NCBI GenBank assembly: GCA_024743095.1
Contig: JANSXF010000018.1
Span: forward strand, 497 to 64,496
DNA length: 64,000 nucleotides
Origin: Flavobacteriaceae bacterium
GTDB lineage: Bacteria; Bacteroidota; Bacteroidia; Flavobacteriales; Flavobacteriaceae
Direction of reading: 5' to 3'
Shown: piece by piece, positions 47,291-59,624 of the stretch
Numbering within the stretch: the stretch's first letter is position 1
Layout of the letters: each line of letters starts with the position of its first letter
Notes under the pieces: model-generated
Database searches by the model: none
What the model was told of the DNA's origin: nothing
Seen by the model: the letters and a program-made list of their open reading frames with translations, nothing else
Made by a program: the position numbers and the translations under genes

Positions 47291-48027
47291 TAGCCCAACA
47301 ATAATTGTGTTAAAATATAATTCACGATAATAATAACAACACTGGTCCAAACAAACGATGTGGTACTGGCCTTGCCCACTTCTAAAGCTCCACCTGTCAT
47401 GTAATACCCATGATAAGAGGGCACTGTGGCGATTACAAAAGCAAAAACCACCGATTTAATGAGGGCATAGGTGACGTGGTATGAATTAAAATCCATTTGA
47501 AGTCCTTGTATAAAATCGCCGCTTGGTGCAAAGCCACCGAATACGGCGGCCACCCATCCCCCTAAAATACCTACGAACATCGAAATTGTAACCGCAAAGG
47601 GATACAACATAATGGCCACGATTTTAGGGAATACAAGATAATTCAAGGAGTTTATCCCCATGACCTCTAGAGCATCTATTTGTTCTGTGACACGCATGGT
47701 ACCAATGCTCGAAGTAATGTATGACCCCACTTTTCCTGCCATTATTATAGAAGTGAAGGTCGGGGCAAATTCCAATATTACGGATTGCCTTGCTGCGAAC
47801 CCAATAAGACTTTTGGGCAAAAGTGGATTGGTTAGGTTAAGGGCGGTCTGTATGGTGACAACTCCCCCAATAAAAAAGGAGATGAATATAATGATGCCCA
47901 TGGCCCCAAAGACCAACTCATCAACTTCCTTGAGAATCAGGGTTTTCATAATACGCCACTTGGTAGGCTTTTTAAATACTTCCCAAACCATGATGAAGTA
48001 TTTTCCAATCGCTTCTAGGTATTTCAT
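47290..48027 (-). CDS. MlaE-family ABC transporter permease
   Basis: 245-aa polytopic protein with the MlaE-type EQIDALEVMGIN motif, immediately upstream of the ATPase. Confidence 0.85.
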   Translation of the reverse strand: MKYLEAIGKYFIMVWEVFKKPTKWRIMKTLILKEVDELVFGAMGIIIFISFFIGGVVTIQTALNLTNPLLPKSLIGFAARQSVILEFAPTFTSIIMAGKVGSYITSSIGTMRVTEQIDALEVMGINSLNYLVFPKIVAIMLYPFAVTISMFVGILGGWVAAVFGGFAPSGDFIQGLQMDFNSYHVTYALIKSVVFAFVIATVPSYHGYYMTGGALEVGKASTTSFVWTSVVIIIVNYILTQLLLG

Positions 48028-48143
48028 GCGTTTTTTGGACTTGAGATGATAAAAATAAGAATATTGTGCAGCTTTTAACCTTCATTTAAATTTTAAAACC
48101 GGATAAATCAATAGTTTTGCCCTAATTTGATTAAACCCATAAC

Positions 48144-49823
48144 ATGAGAACAACCAACCTTATAGTTTCCATTTTAGCATTGTGCATGATCAGTATGTCT
48201 TATGGTCAGCGAAGAAAAAAGAACGATGCGGAAGTACAACCACCAGCACCTATTGCCCAAACCCCTAAATTGGTCGTGGGCATTGTGGTAGACCAGATGA
48301 GATACGATTATCTCACCCGTTTTTGGAATCAGTACGGAGAAGGGGGCTTTAAGCGATTGGTAAACGAAGGGTTCAACTGTAAAAACAACCATTTTAACTA
48401 TGCGCCCACTAGCACTGGACCGGGCCATACCTCGGTGTATACGGGAACTACGCCAGCTACGCACGGTATTATCGGAAACGATTGGTTCGATAAGGAATCA
48501 GGCGAAGATGTGTATTGTGCGGGAGACGATAGTTACGTTTCTGTAGGAACTTCATCGGATGCCGGGAAAATGTCGCCGCACCGTATGCTTACCACTACCA
48601 TTACGGACCAATTGCGTTTACACACCCAAAAAAGGGGAAAGGTTATAGGTATAGCCCTTAAAGATAGGGGAGCCATCCTTCCGGCAGGCCACGCTGCAAA
48701 TGCAGCATACTGGTTCGAGGGAGGGCAAGATGGCAACTGGATAACAAGTACCTATTATATGGATGAATTGCCCCAATGGGTCGTGGACTTTAATAGTTCG
48801 GATATTGTAGAGTCGTACAAAAAGCCATGGAATACGCTAAAGCCTATTGAAACGTATGTGGAAAGTGGTTTGGATGCCAATAATTACGAAGGGTTGCAAA
48901 AAGGGGAGACCAGCAATACTTTTCCTCATAATCTTCCCGCCATTTGGGATCAAAACGGCCAGTACGATTTGATAAGAAGGAGCCCTTATGGAAATAGCAT
49001 TACCGCTGATTTTGCCTTGGCCGCTTTGGAAGGTGAAGACCTTGGAGCAGATACCATCACGGATTTCTTGGCCATTAGTTTTTCCAGCACGGATTATGTA
49101 GGTCATTTTTTTGGGGTTAACTCTAAGGAGGTTGAGGATACTTACATAAGATTAGATCAAGATTTGGCCCGTATTTTCTCTACTTTGGATGAGAAGGTGG
49201 GAGAAGGCGAGTATACGGTGTTCCTTACAGCGGACCATGCTGCCATTGATGTTCCTTCTTATTTGATGGACTCCAAGATTCCTGCCGGTTATTTGGATAT
49301 GAACGGTATGAAAGCAAAGTTTGGAGAGTTTCTTCAATACAAATATGGGACCACGGATGTGGTACGAGACCTTTCCAACTATCAATTGTTTTTGGACCAT
49401 AAAATATTGGCTAATTTGGATATCAAGCTAGAAGATGCCCAAGAGGATATCGCAAGAGAATTATTGACTTATGAGGGTATTGGTCAAGTCTATACGGCCA
49501 GTCAAATGTGGAAAAACGAATATAACGAAGGGATACCATACATTTTGCAGAATGGCTATAACCAAAAGCGTTCCGGTGATATTCTTTTGGTTCCCAATGT
49601 GGGCTATATCTCATACAGTAGAACAGGCTCTACACATGGTTCGCCTCAAATCTACGATACTCATGTGCCATTGTTGTTGTATGGTAAAGGCATTAAACAG
49701 GGAAGTACGGTAAAACGCACGGAGATTCCCGATATCGCACCGACCATAGCAGCGTTGCTTGGCATTGCGTTCCCAAGTGGAACCACGGGCCAGCCCATTG
49801 GGGAGGTTTTGGAGTTTAAATAG
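48144..49823 (+). CDS. pafA: PafA-type alkaline phosphatase / nucleotide pyrophosphatase family protein
   Basis: Signal peptide, VVDQMRYDYL, and APTSTGPGHTSVYTG (the nucleophile Thr context). The size is typical of flavobacterial PafA. Confidence 0.8.
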   Translation: MRTTNLIVSILALCMISMSYGQRRKKNDAEVQPPAPIAQTPKLVVGIVVDQMRYDYLTRFWNQYGEGGFKRLVNEGFNCKNNHFNYAPTSTGPGHTSVYTGTTPATHGIIGNDWFDKESGEDVYCAGDDSYVSVGTSSDAGKMSPHRMLTTTITDQLRLHTQKRGKVIGIALKDRGAILPAGHAANAAYWFEGGQDGNWITSTYYMDELPQWVVDFNSSDIVESYKKPWNTLKPIETYVESGLDANNYEGLQKGETSNTFPHNLPAIWDQNGQYDLIRRSPYGNSITADFALAALEGEDLGADTITDFLAISFSSTDYVGHFFGVNSKEVEDTYIRLDQDLARIFSTLDEKVGEGEYTVFLTADHAAIDVPSYLMDSKIPAGYLDMNGMKAKFGEFLQYKYGTTDVVRDLSNYQLFLDHKILANLDIKLEDAQEDIARELLTYEGIGQVYTASQMWKNEYNEGIPYILQNGYNQKRSGDILLVPNVGYISYSRTGSTHGSPQIYDTHVPLLLYGKGIKQGSTVKRTEIPDIAPTIAALLGIAFPSGTTGQPIGEVLEFK

Positions 49824-50667
49824 AATGAAGTTTGGACAGAATTCCCCTCCAACGATAGTTCCTTATAGACTTTCCTTCTTTTTTGGAAACGTATTTAGGC
49901 TCTTTTCGGAAAAAAGCTTGGAGATAGCCGAACATAGCTTGGAAGTATAACCCCGGACTTTTAGCCTGCCAGGCCATTTTTAATGCGGCGATTTTGGTGA
50001 GTATTGGTCCATAGCCCATTTTGTACATTGCCACACCCTTGGATTGATAGTTTTTGGTGCTGTATCCATGCCCTGTTGGGCGAAGATGTTTTACCTTGAG
50101 TTCAGGAACCGTCATTGTGTCAAAACCGTGGTATTTGGCCAAAAGTGTATCCACAGTATCCCAACCCACTCCCGGACGTAGACCGCCGATTTTGTTAAAG
50201 CAGGCTTTATGGTATAGTTTGATTGGTCCTCGGATATGATTTTGGTCCGCGATGTTTTCATAAACCCACTCATCACTTTTTTTGATGTACAATAGGCCTG
50301 AGCACATTCCGAGTTTCCAATTGGCCTGAAATTGATTAACGATGAGTTCAAAATAATTTTCGGGCAGAATAATGTCCGCATCAAACTTTCCAACAAGGTC
50401 AAAATCTGAAGTTTGTTCTAACCCAAAATTGAAGGTGTCCACTACTTTTTTGCCCGGAATATGTTCGTTGGACGAGCTGCGCTGAACGGCTTTTATCCAG
50501 TTGTATTTTTGTGCGTAGTCTTTTGCAATGTTAAAAGTATTGTCGGAAGAATTGTCGTCCACAACAAGCAATTCATTGGGCAAGTAGGTCTGGGCCACAA
50601 AGGAATCTAGGCAATCTTGTAAAAAAATTGCTTCATTGTGAGCTGGAATAACAATACTGATGCGCAT
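49816..50667 (-). CDS. Family 2 glycosyltransferase (283 aa)
   Basis: ISIVIPAHNE..LVVDDNSSD is the GT2 N-terminal signature. Its 3' end overlaps the pafA 3' end by 8 bp (convergent genes). Confidence 0.8.
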   Translation of the reverse strand: MRISIVIPAHNEAIFLQDCLDSFVAQTYLPNELLVVDDNSSDNTFNIAKDYAQKYNWIKAVQRSSSNEHIPGKKVVDTFNFGLEQTSDFDLVGKFDADIILPENYFELIVNQFQANWKLGMCSGLLYIKKSDEWVYENIADQNHIRGPIKLYHKACFNKIGGLRPGVGWDTVDTLLAKYHGFDTMTVPELKVKHLRPTGHGYSTKNYQSKGVAMYKMGYGPILTKIAALKMAWQAKSPGLYFQAMFGYLQAFFRKEPKYVSKKEGKSIRNYRWRGILSKLHSI

Positions 50668-50704
50668 TGGTTAAAAATCCAAAAATCTCGGGACTTATCC
50701 CAAA

Positions 50705-51232
50705 TTAGTTTTTTGTTCTTTCTGCATATACGATATAGTATCGATTTGTGAAGTACCGGAGAATGGGGCGAAGACCTATTTTTTTTGTGGGGTTGGTCCA
50801 TTTAGCGGAATCTTTTATCGTCCATCCAGCTTTTTCCAAGAGCCAGTCAAACTGCCAATCCTCAAATTCATGATAGTGCCTGTCCCATGGGTCGGTTTTA
50901 CTTCGGTAGGCAGGTGCGAACCATAGCCGCATTGGTATGCTTGCGACCAATTTATCCGCTTTTATTTCTTTTAGGATATTAAATGGGGCTATTAAATGCT
51001 CAAAGATTTCAAAGGCGGTTACCACATCGGCATCGGATTGTGCAACGCTTTCAAAATCCACATCTAAATCCTCTCCAGAGGTATTGGTAACACTGTACCC
51101 ATTGGATTCCATTATTTCTGAAAAGGGATTTTTAACCCCTAGGTCTATAATGGTCTGTGAGGTATCAATGTGTTTTTGCAAGAACGCCAAGGTATGTTTG
51201 TAGCGTTTGTTGGGAAAGTTGTTTTCGTACAT
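50705..51232 (-). CDS. Small class I SAM-dependent methyltransferase (175 aa)
   Basis: Motif I-like IIDLGVKNP, followed by an acidic loop and AFEIFEHL. Confidence 0.6.
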   Translation of the reverse strand: MYENNFPNKRYKHTLAFLQKHIDTSQTIIDLGVKNPFSEIMESNGYSVTNTSGEDLDVDFESVAQSDADVVTAFEIFEHLIAPFNILKEIKADKLVASIPMRLWFAPAYRSKTDPWDRHYHEFEDWQFDWLLEKAGWTIKDSAKWTNPTKKIGLRPILRYFTNRYYIVYAERTKN

Positions 51233-52291
51233 TTAATATCGATATACAATGGCATTGATGTTCATTCCGGCACCAACACTTGCAAATATAACAACGTCTC
51301 CCTTTTTTACTTCATGTTCTGGTAGTTTTCCTTTAAGCACCATGTCATAAAGTGTGGGCACCGTAGCGACCGAACTGTTGCCCAGGTCATGTATGCTCAT
51401 CGGCATCACATTTTGGGGTACGTTTTTTCCGTAGATTTTATAGAATCTTTTTATAATGGCCTCGTCCATTTTTTCGTTGGCTTGATGGATGAAAATCTTT
51501 TTGACATCATCAATAGTGACACCACTATCATTTAGGCAAGAAGCCATTGCCTTGGGCACGTTGATGCAGGCGAATTCATATATTTTTCTCCCCTGCATTT
51601 TGATGTACCGGGTGTCCTTCGGTTCCAAAGGGCTGTTCGATTTATCAAAATAAAGATAGTAAGCCTCTTCATTGGCGTACGTTTCCGATGCATGGGATAA
51701 TATCTCCCCATTGGGGGAATTGGCCTCAAGGATAGCAGCTCCTGCTCCATCGGAAAAAATCATGCTGTCGCGGTCATGCGGATCCACTACCCTGGATAAC
51801 GTTTCGGCTCCGATGACCAAACACTTTTTGGCCATACCACTTTTGATAAATGCGGTAGCTTGAATCATACCTTCTATCCAGCCGGGGCAACCGAAGATAA
51901 GGTCGTAGGCAACACATTTGGGATTTTGTATGCGTAATAAATGCTTAACGCGAGTGGCAAGGCTCGGTAGTGTGTCCCCTTGTATTCTTCCCTGGGTAAG
52001 ATCTCCAAAATTGTGGGCAAAGACAATGTAATCCAGTTCTTCCTTTTCCACTCGGGCACTGGCAATGGCTTCTTCAGCGGCCAAAAAACCTATGTCCGAT
52101 GTTTTCAGGTCCGGTTGAGCATACCTTCGGTTCGAAATACCTGTGATGGCTTCAAATTTTTCAATGATCACATTGTTCTGTTGTTCAAAGGTGGACCCAT
52201 CGGTTTCCATGAACTCATGATTCAAAAAATCTTCATTTTTGGTAATTATGGAAGGGATGTGGCTTCCAGTTCCTGTTATGCCAATTTTCAT
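51233..52291 (-). CDS. 3-oxoacyl-ACP synthase III (FabH-like) family protein
   Basis: Thiolase-fold KAS III layout with the Cys context FGCPGW, HQAN and GNSS motifs. Its stop abuts the methyltransferase start. Confidence 0.8.
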   Translation of the reverse strand: MKIGITGTGSHIPSIITKNEDFLNHEFMETDGSTFEQQNNVIIEKFEAITGISNRRYAQPDLKTSDIGFLAAEEAIASARVEKEELDYIVFAHNFGDLTQGRIQGDTLPSLATRVKHLLRIQNPKCVAYDLIFGCPGWIEGMIQATAFIKSGMAKKCLVIGAETLSRVVDPHDRDSMIFSDGAGAAILEANSPNGEILSHASETYANEEAYYLYFDKSNSPLEPKDTRYIKMQGRKIYEFACINVPKAMASCLNDSGVTIDDVKKIFIHQANEKMDEAIIKRFYKIYGKNVPQNVMPMSIHDLGNSSVATVPTLYDMVLKGKLPEHEVKKGDVVIFASVGAGMNINAIVYRY

Positions 52292-52340
52292 GTCGTGCGG
52301 AGGTTTGTTATCAATACAAGGTAAGGTGTTGAATTGAATA

Positions 52341-52358
52341 TATTATGCATGCATAATA
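52341..52358. promoter_or_regulatory. Perfect 18-bp palindrome tattatgcatgcataata upstream of the KAS III gene; candidate operator
   Basis: Read directly, 50-67 bp upstream of the start at 52291 on the minus strand. Confidence 0.3.
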
Positions 52359-52405
52359 AAATATACAATGCTCAAAAGGTAGCTTATATATTGCTGGATA
52401 CGAAA

Positions 52406-52438
52406 AAAGCCTTGGTCTATTTCTAGAATCAAGGCTTT
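52406..52438 (-). terminator. Rho-independent terminator after gcvP
   Basis: The 9-bp stem aaagccttg/caaggcttt reads on the minus strand as a stem followed by a U run. It lies 23 nt after the gcvP stop. Confidence 0.7.
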
Positions 52439-52460
52439 CATCTAATGTTTATAATGGTTT

Positions 52461-55313
<2,853 letters not shown>

Positions 55314-55439
55314 GTTCAATCCAATAAAGTGCACAAAATTAGGGATTAATTCAATGAAAATAGCCAATTTTGATGGACTCTGGAGCAAAGTTGTTAACCA
55401 CCGATCAACCTTAGTGCCCAAGCATAATTTTTTATCTCC

Positions 55440-56264
55440 ATGCGGACCCTAAAAGCCATATTTGATTTTTACTTGGATGCCAGTATTCATGTGGCCATTG
55501 CGGTAATTTCTATGGCGGGCGTCACCTTCCATTTGTTGGGAAGTTCATCGGAGATCAATCTAATGGGTTTTATTTTTTTCAGTGTTATCGTTTGCTACAA
55601 TTTCATTAAGTATGGCGTTGAGGCATACAAGTATCTCATCGTATCGAATGCCTATCACAGAGTAATCCAAATGTTCAGTTTTGTTTGTTTTGTTTTTGCC
55701 ATTTATTTTTTACTTCGGTTGAATAGCGATATCTGGATAGCGACAGCTGTTTTGGGGATGTTGTCCGCGCTGTATGCGGCGCCTTTGTTGCCCAGAGCCA
55801 AAAACTTGAGGAATTTAGCAGGGTTGAAAATTTATATCGTAGCCTTTGTCTGGGCTGGGTTTTCGGTCTTATTGCCTGTTTTAGATGCAAAAATGACCTT
55901 GGACTGGGATTTTGCCGTAACCTTTATGCAAAGAATGCTTTTGGTTCTGGTATTAATTTTGCCTTTTGAAATAAGGGATTTACAATGGGACGACAAAAGT
56001 TTACGGACATTGCCGCAGGTTTTGGGGATAAAAAATACCTCCCGATTGGGGATTGGGCTTATCTTGATTTTTTTCTTGATCACGTTTTTGAAAGACGAAA
56101 TCCGTCAAAATGAAATCATATTGCGACTGATTTTGTCCGTAGCACTTATTTTAGTGCTGGTTTCAAAAAAGCGAATGCAATCCAAATATTTTGTGATGTT
56201 CTGGGTGGAGGCGATACCGATTTTTTGGTTTTGTCTATTTTGGTGGACCGAGAATTATTTTTAG
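55440..56264 (+). CDS. Integral membrane protein of unknown function (about 8 TM; possibly a UbiA-like fold)
   Basis: Hydrophobicity pattern only. One acidic motif (EIRDLQWDD) is reminiscent of prenyltransferases, but I cannot confirm that. Confidence 0.45.
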   Translation: MRTLKAIFDFYLDASIHVAIAVISMAGVTFHLLGSSSEINLMGFIFFSVIVCYNFIKYGVEAYKYLIVSNAYHRVIQMFSFVCFVFAIYFLLRLNSDIWIATAVLGMLSALYAAPLLPRAKNLRNLAGLKIYIVAFVWAGFSVLLPVLDAKMTLDWDFAVTFMQRMLLVLVLILPFEIRDLQWDDKSLRTLPQVLGIKNTSRLGIGLILIFFLITFLKDEIRQNEIILRLILSVALILVLVSKKRMQSKYFVMFWVEAIPIFWFCLFWWTENYF

Positions 56265-56491
56265 AGTTTCTCTTCCAATTCCCTCTTCATTTTCTTTTTG
56301 TCGTCTTCCGAGAGCATGGTCAGTCCGGCTCGGTCGCACAATGAGGTTAACTCGCCATTCTTTTTGGAATAGCCACGACAAACTTTGCAATACAGAAGGT
56401 GGAAGCGAAGTTTTACAATGTCCAAAAAACTAGCTTCCTTGTACTGGGATTTGTCACAAATACATGATGCATCTTTACATGAAATCTTCAT
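56261..56491 (-). CDS. Small Cys-rich putative zinc-binding anti-sigma factor (76 aa, no TM segment)
   Basis: HLLYCKVC is HxxxCxxC (H31, C35, C38), with extra Cys at positions 5, 10 and 12. It starts 3 nt after the ECF sigma stop. I set the start at ATG 56491. Confidence 0.55.
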   Translation of the reverse strand: MKISCKDASCICDKSQYKEASFLDIVKLRFHLLYCKVCRGYSKKNGELTSLCDRAGLTMLSEDDKKKMKRELEEKL

Positions 56492-56493
56492 AC

Positions 56494-57048
56494 CTAAAAC
56501 CAATTTTCGTTTAAACAACCCATAAGCGATGTCCTTGCCCTATGGATCATTACCCAAAGGTTGGACGGATTTATGTCCAGTTCATTACAAATATCCTCGG
56601 TACCCATGCCTTGAATAGTCTTTAATTTAAAAGCCAAGGCCTGTTTTTGTGGCAATTTGGAGATACAATCTTGAATGGCTGAACCCAGTTCTTCATTTTC
56701 CAAAATATTGTCGCCATCCTTGCTGAAGGGGTCTGCAACCTGTTGTTCAAGCCAATCGCCTTCTGCTTCGGAATCGGAACTGTAATTAATGTGTACCTCT
56801 GCCTTTCCTTTTTTGGAATTGATTTTTCGATAATGATCTATAACCTTTCTCTTGAGTATGGATACCAACCATGTTCTTTCGGCGGCGTCACCTTTAAAAT
56901 TCTTGGCGGAATTTAAACCTGCAAAAAAAGTTTCCTGTACCAAATCCTTGGCAATTTCGGCATCGCTTACACGCGACACTGCATAATTGAACAGGTAGTC
57001 CGCATACAGGTCGACCCAATTGTCCGGTTGAAGTTTGTGATTGGCCAT
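56494..57048 (-). CDS. ECF-type RNA polymerase sigma factor (184 aa)
   Basis: Region 2 (AKDLVQETFFAG..ERTWLVSILKRKVIDHYR) and region 4 (GMGTEDICNELDINPSNLWVMIHRAR). Confidence 0.88.
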   Translation of the reverse strand: MANHKLQPDNWVDLYADYLFNYAVSRVSDAEIAKDLVQETFFAGLNSAKNFKGDAAERTWLVSILKRKVIDHYRKINSKKGKAEVHINYSSDSEAEGDWLEQQVADPFSKDGDNILENEELGSAIQDCISKLPQKQALAFKLKTIQGMGTEDICNELDINPSNLWVMIHRARTSLMGCLNENWF

Positions 57049-57180
57049 ATTCTTATCGAATTACCAAATGTAATGGTTTTTTGGACATATATTTTCCAGG
57101 TTAAAACGAGTTGGACGTGTCCTTGATAGCAGACTGACAGGGAACATTTTGTATTAACTTTTTTTAGTATTCAATCAATT

Positions 57181-59208
57181 TTAATTATTGGTCTCCAAAA
57201 GTCCAGCACGTTCCAACAATGCGTTGACGTTCGGTTCGGCCCCACGGAATTTTATGTAGAGATCCATTGGATTCTCGGTACCTCCCTTGGAAAGTACGTT
57301 CTCCTTGAACTTATCTGCGACCATTTTGCTGAAAATTCCATTTTCCTTAAAATAGGCAAAGGCATCTGCATCCAAGACCTCGGCCCATTTGTAACTATAG
57401 TAGCCAGAGGAATAACCTCCTTGAAAAATATGTGCAAAAGAGGTGCTCATACATGTTTCCGGCGTTTCGGGGAACAAGTTTGTGCTTTCAAAGGCTTGCT
57501 CTTCATAGGCTTTTACATCCTTGATGCCCGATGGGTCTTTTTCGTGCCATGCCATGTCCAATAAACCAAAGCTCAATTGGCGAACGGTAGCCATTCCCTC
57601 TTGAAAAGTAGCGGATTCCTTGATTTTTTCTACCAATTCCATAGGGATTGATTCCCCAGTTTCGTAATGATGGGCAAAAAGCTCCAATGCCTCTTTTTCG
57701 TAACACCAATTTTCCATCACTTGGCTGGGCAGTTCCACAAAATCCCAATACACCGAAGTACCTGATAGGCTAGGGTAGGTGGTGTTGGCTAGCATGCCGT
57801 GAAGTCCGTGACCAAATTCATGGAAAAGTGTTGTAACCTCATTAAAGGTAAGCAGTGAGGGTTTTGAACTTGTCGGTTTTGTAAAATTGCATACATTGGA
57901 AATATGCGGTCTGCTGTTTTTTCCCTTCAGCGTGTATTGTGGTTTGTAGGAGGTCATCCAGGCACCGCCACGTTTTCCTGCCCTAGGATGGAAATCGGCA
58001 TAGAACAAGGAAATAAATTCATCGTTATCATATACTTCAAAAGTCTTGACCTCTGGATGATATTTGTCCACGTTGTCCACTTCTTTAAACGTAAGCCCAA
58101 AGAGTTTTTCAGCAACTTTGAAAACCCCGTTGATGACATTTTCCAGCTTGAAGTACGGTTTCAATTTTTCATCATCCAGATTGAAAAGCTTTTGCTTCAA
58201 TTTCTCGGAATAGTAGGCACTGTCCCACTTTTCCAAACGGTCAATGTTGTCCGATTCTTTAGCGTAGGCTTCTAACTCGCGGAACTCTCTTTCTGCAGCA
58301 GGTTTGGCCTTTTCCAAAAGTTCGTTCAAAAAGTCTTTTACTTTTTCGGGAGTCTCTGCCATGCGCTCTTCCAGAACAAAATCTGCATGGGTTTTATACC
58401 CCAAAAGATTGGCTCTCTCGTGACGAAGATTTACGATGCGTTTAACATTTTCCTGATTGTCCAGTTCATTACCGTGGAAACCCTTGCTGGCGAATGCCAT
58501 GGAAAGTTCCTTTCGCAATTCCCGATTCTTGGCATACTTCATAAAGGGGATGTAGCTTGGATAATCCAAGGTAATCATCCAGCCTTCTTTGCCTTTGGAT
58601 TCTGCCAATTGGGTTGCTGCCTCTTTGGTTCCTTCTGGTAATCCGTCCACATCTTCTTCATCGGTCAGCAACATTTGGTAGTTGTTGGTCTCTGCCAATA
58701 CATTTTCTCCGAATGTGAGCTTCAACTTGGATAGCTCGGCATCGATTTCACGTAGGCGCTTTTTGTTTTCTTCCTTTAGGTTGGCCCCGTTTCTACTGAA
58801 ATTCTTGTATTTCTTTTCAAGAAGTGTCAGCTGCTCGGTTGTCAAATCCAAGGAATCGCGTTGTTCGTAAATGGTTTTGATACGAGAAAAAAGACCTTCG
58901 TTTAACGTAATATCATTGCTGAACTCTGATAAAATTGGTGATACTTCTTGGGCTATCTTTTGAATTTCCTCATTGGTCTCTGCAGAATTCAAATTGAAAA
59001 ATATGCTGGAGATACGGTCCAATTGTTGTCCGGAAAAATCCAAGGCTTCCAAAGTATTTTCGAAAGTCGGGGGTTCCAGGTTGTTTACAATGTCATCGAT
59101 TTCCTTTTTGGTATCCCCGATGGCCTGAAGAAAAGCAGGCATGAAATGTTCGTTCTTTATTTTGGAGAAAGGAGCTTGATTAAAGGGCTCCAATAATGGA
59201 TTGTTCAT
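57181..59208 (-). CDS. dcp: M3-family metallopeptidase (peptidyl-dipeptidase Dcp / oligopeptidase A-like)
   Basis: HEFGHGLH zinc motif, and a 675-aa length and layout typical of the M3A family. Confidence 0.88.
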   Translation of the reverse strand: MNNPLLEPFNQAPFSKIKNEHFMPAFLQAIGDTKKEIDDIVNNLEPPTFENTLEALDFSGQQLDRISSIFFNLNSAETNEEIQKIAQEVSPILSEFSNDITLNEGLFSRIKTIYEQRDSLDLTTEQLTLLEKKYKNFSRNGANLKEENKKRLREIDAELSKLKLTFGENVLAETNNYQMLLTDEEDVDGLPEGTKEAATQLAESKGKEGWMITLDYPSYIPFMKYAKNRELRKELSMAFASKGFHGNELDNQENVKRIVNLRHERANLLGYKTHADFVLEERMAETPEKVKDFLNELLEKAKPAAEREFRELEAYAKESDNIDRLEKWDSAYYSEKLKQKLFNLDDEKLKPYFKLENVINGVFKVAEKLFGLTFKEVDNVDKYHPEVKTFEVYDNDEFISLFYADFHPRAGKRGGAWMTSYKPQYTLKGKNSRPHISNVCNFTKPTSSKPSLLTFNEVTTLFHEFGHGLHGMLANTTYPSLSGTSVYWDFVELPSQVMENWCYEKEALELFAHHYETGESIPMELVEKIKESATFQEGMATVRQLSFGLLDMAWHEKDPSGIKDVKAYEEQAFESTNLFPETPETCMSTSFAHIFQGGYSSGYYSYKWAEVLDADAFAYFKENGIFSKMVADKFKENVLSKGGTENPMDLYIKFRGAEPNVNALLERAGLLETNN

Positions 59209-59612
59209 AGTTGTTTCTTCTGTTCTTTGTTTTTAAAACGAGTTACGGCCCAATCGCTCAACAAATAGGCAAAACCGATAATGGATGAAATTACGGCCAT
59301 GGTAAGTGGAGCGTAACTCCTGATGGTTGAACCATAGGTTTTTCTGTTCATGGCAGCAATGGCTTCCTCAGAATATTCATTGAGATCAACAAAGCCATTT
59401 CCGTTTAAATCGTACGTACTGGCATAATCCGAAATGAATTGCCAGCGTGTTTCAATAAAAATCAATAGTGCGGCATACATGATAAACACCAAGAGACCAC
59501 TTTTCCATAGTCCTCTTATGTATGGATTTCGAACTTTTGGCAGCGTGAAGCCAAAAAAGGCAATGCCGCAAATCCCCAACAATATGCCAATTTGATTATA
59601 GTCCATAACCAA
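59205..59612 (-). CDS. Small membrane protein with a canonical EF-hand loop (135 aa)
   Basis: Three predicted TM helices. DLNGNGFVDLNE (59376-59411) fits Dx[DN]x[DN]Gx[ILV]DxxE. Its stop overlaps the dcp start by 4 nt. Confidence 0.5.
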   Translation of the reverse strand: MVMDYNQIGILLGICGIAFFGFTLPKVRNPYIRGLWKSGLLVFIMYAALLIFIETRWQFISDYASTYDLNGNGFVDLNEYSEEAIAAMNRKTYGSTIRSYAPLTMAVISSIIGFAYLLSDWAVTRFKNKEQKKQL

Positions 59613-59624
59613 ACATGATTTTTT

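Noticed and set aside
55314-55439. Possible glycine riboswitch in the gcvP leader
   Set aside because: Reading the 126-nt leader on the minus strand, I could not find the conserved glycine-aptamer cores (GGAGAG ... ACCGAAGGGGCAA-type elements). The leader is also short and AT-rich.
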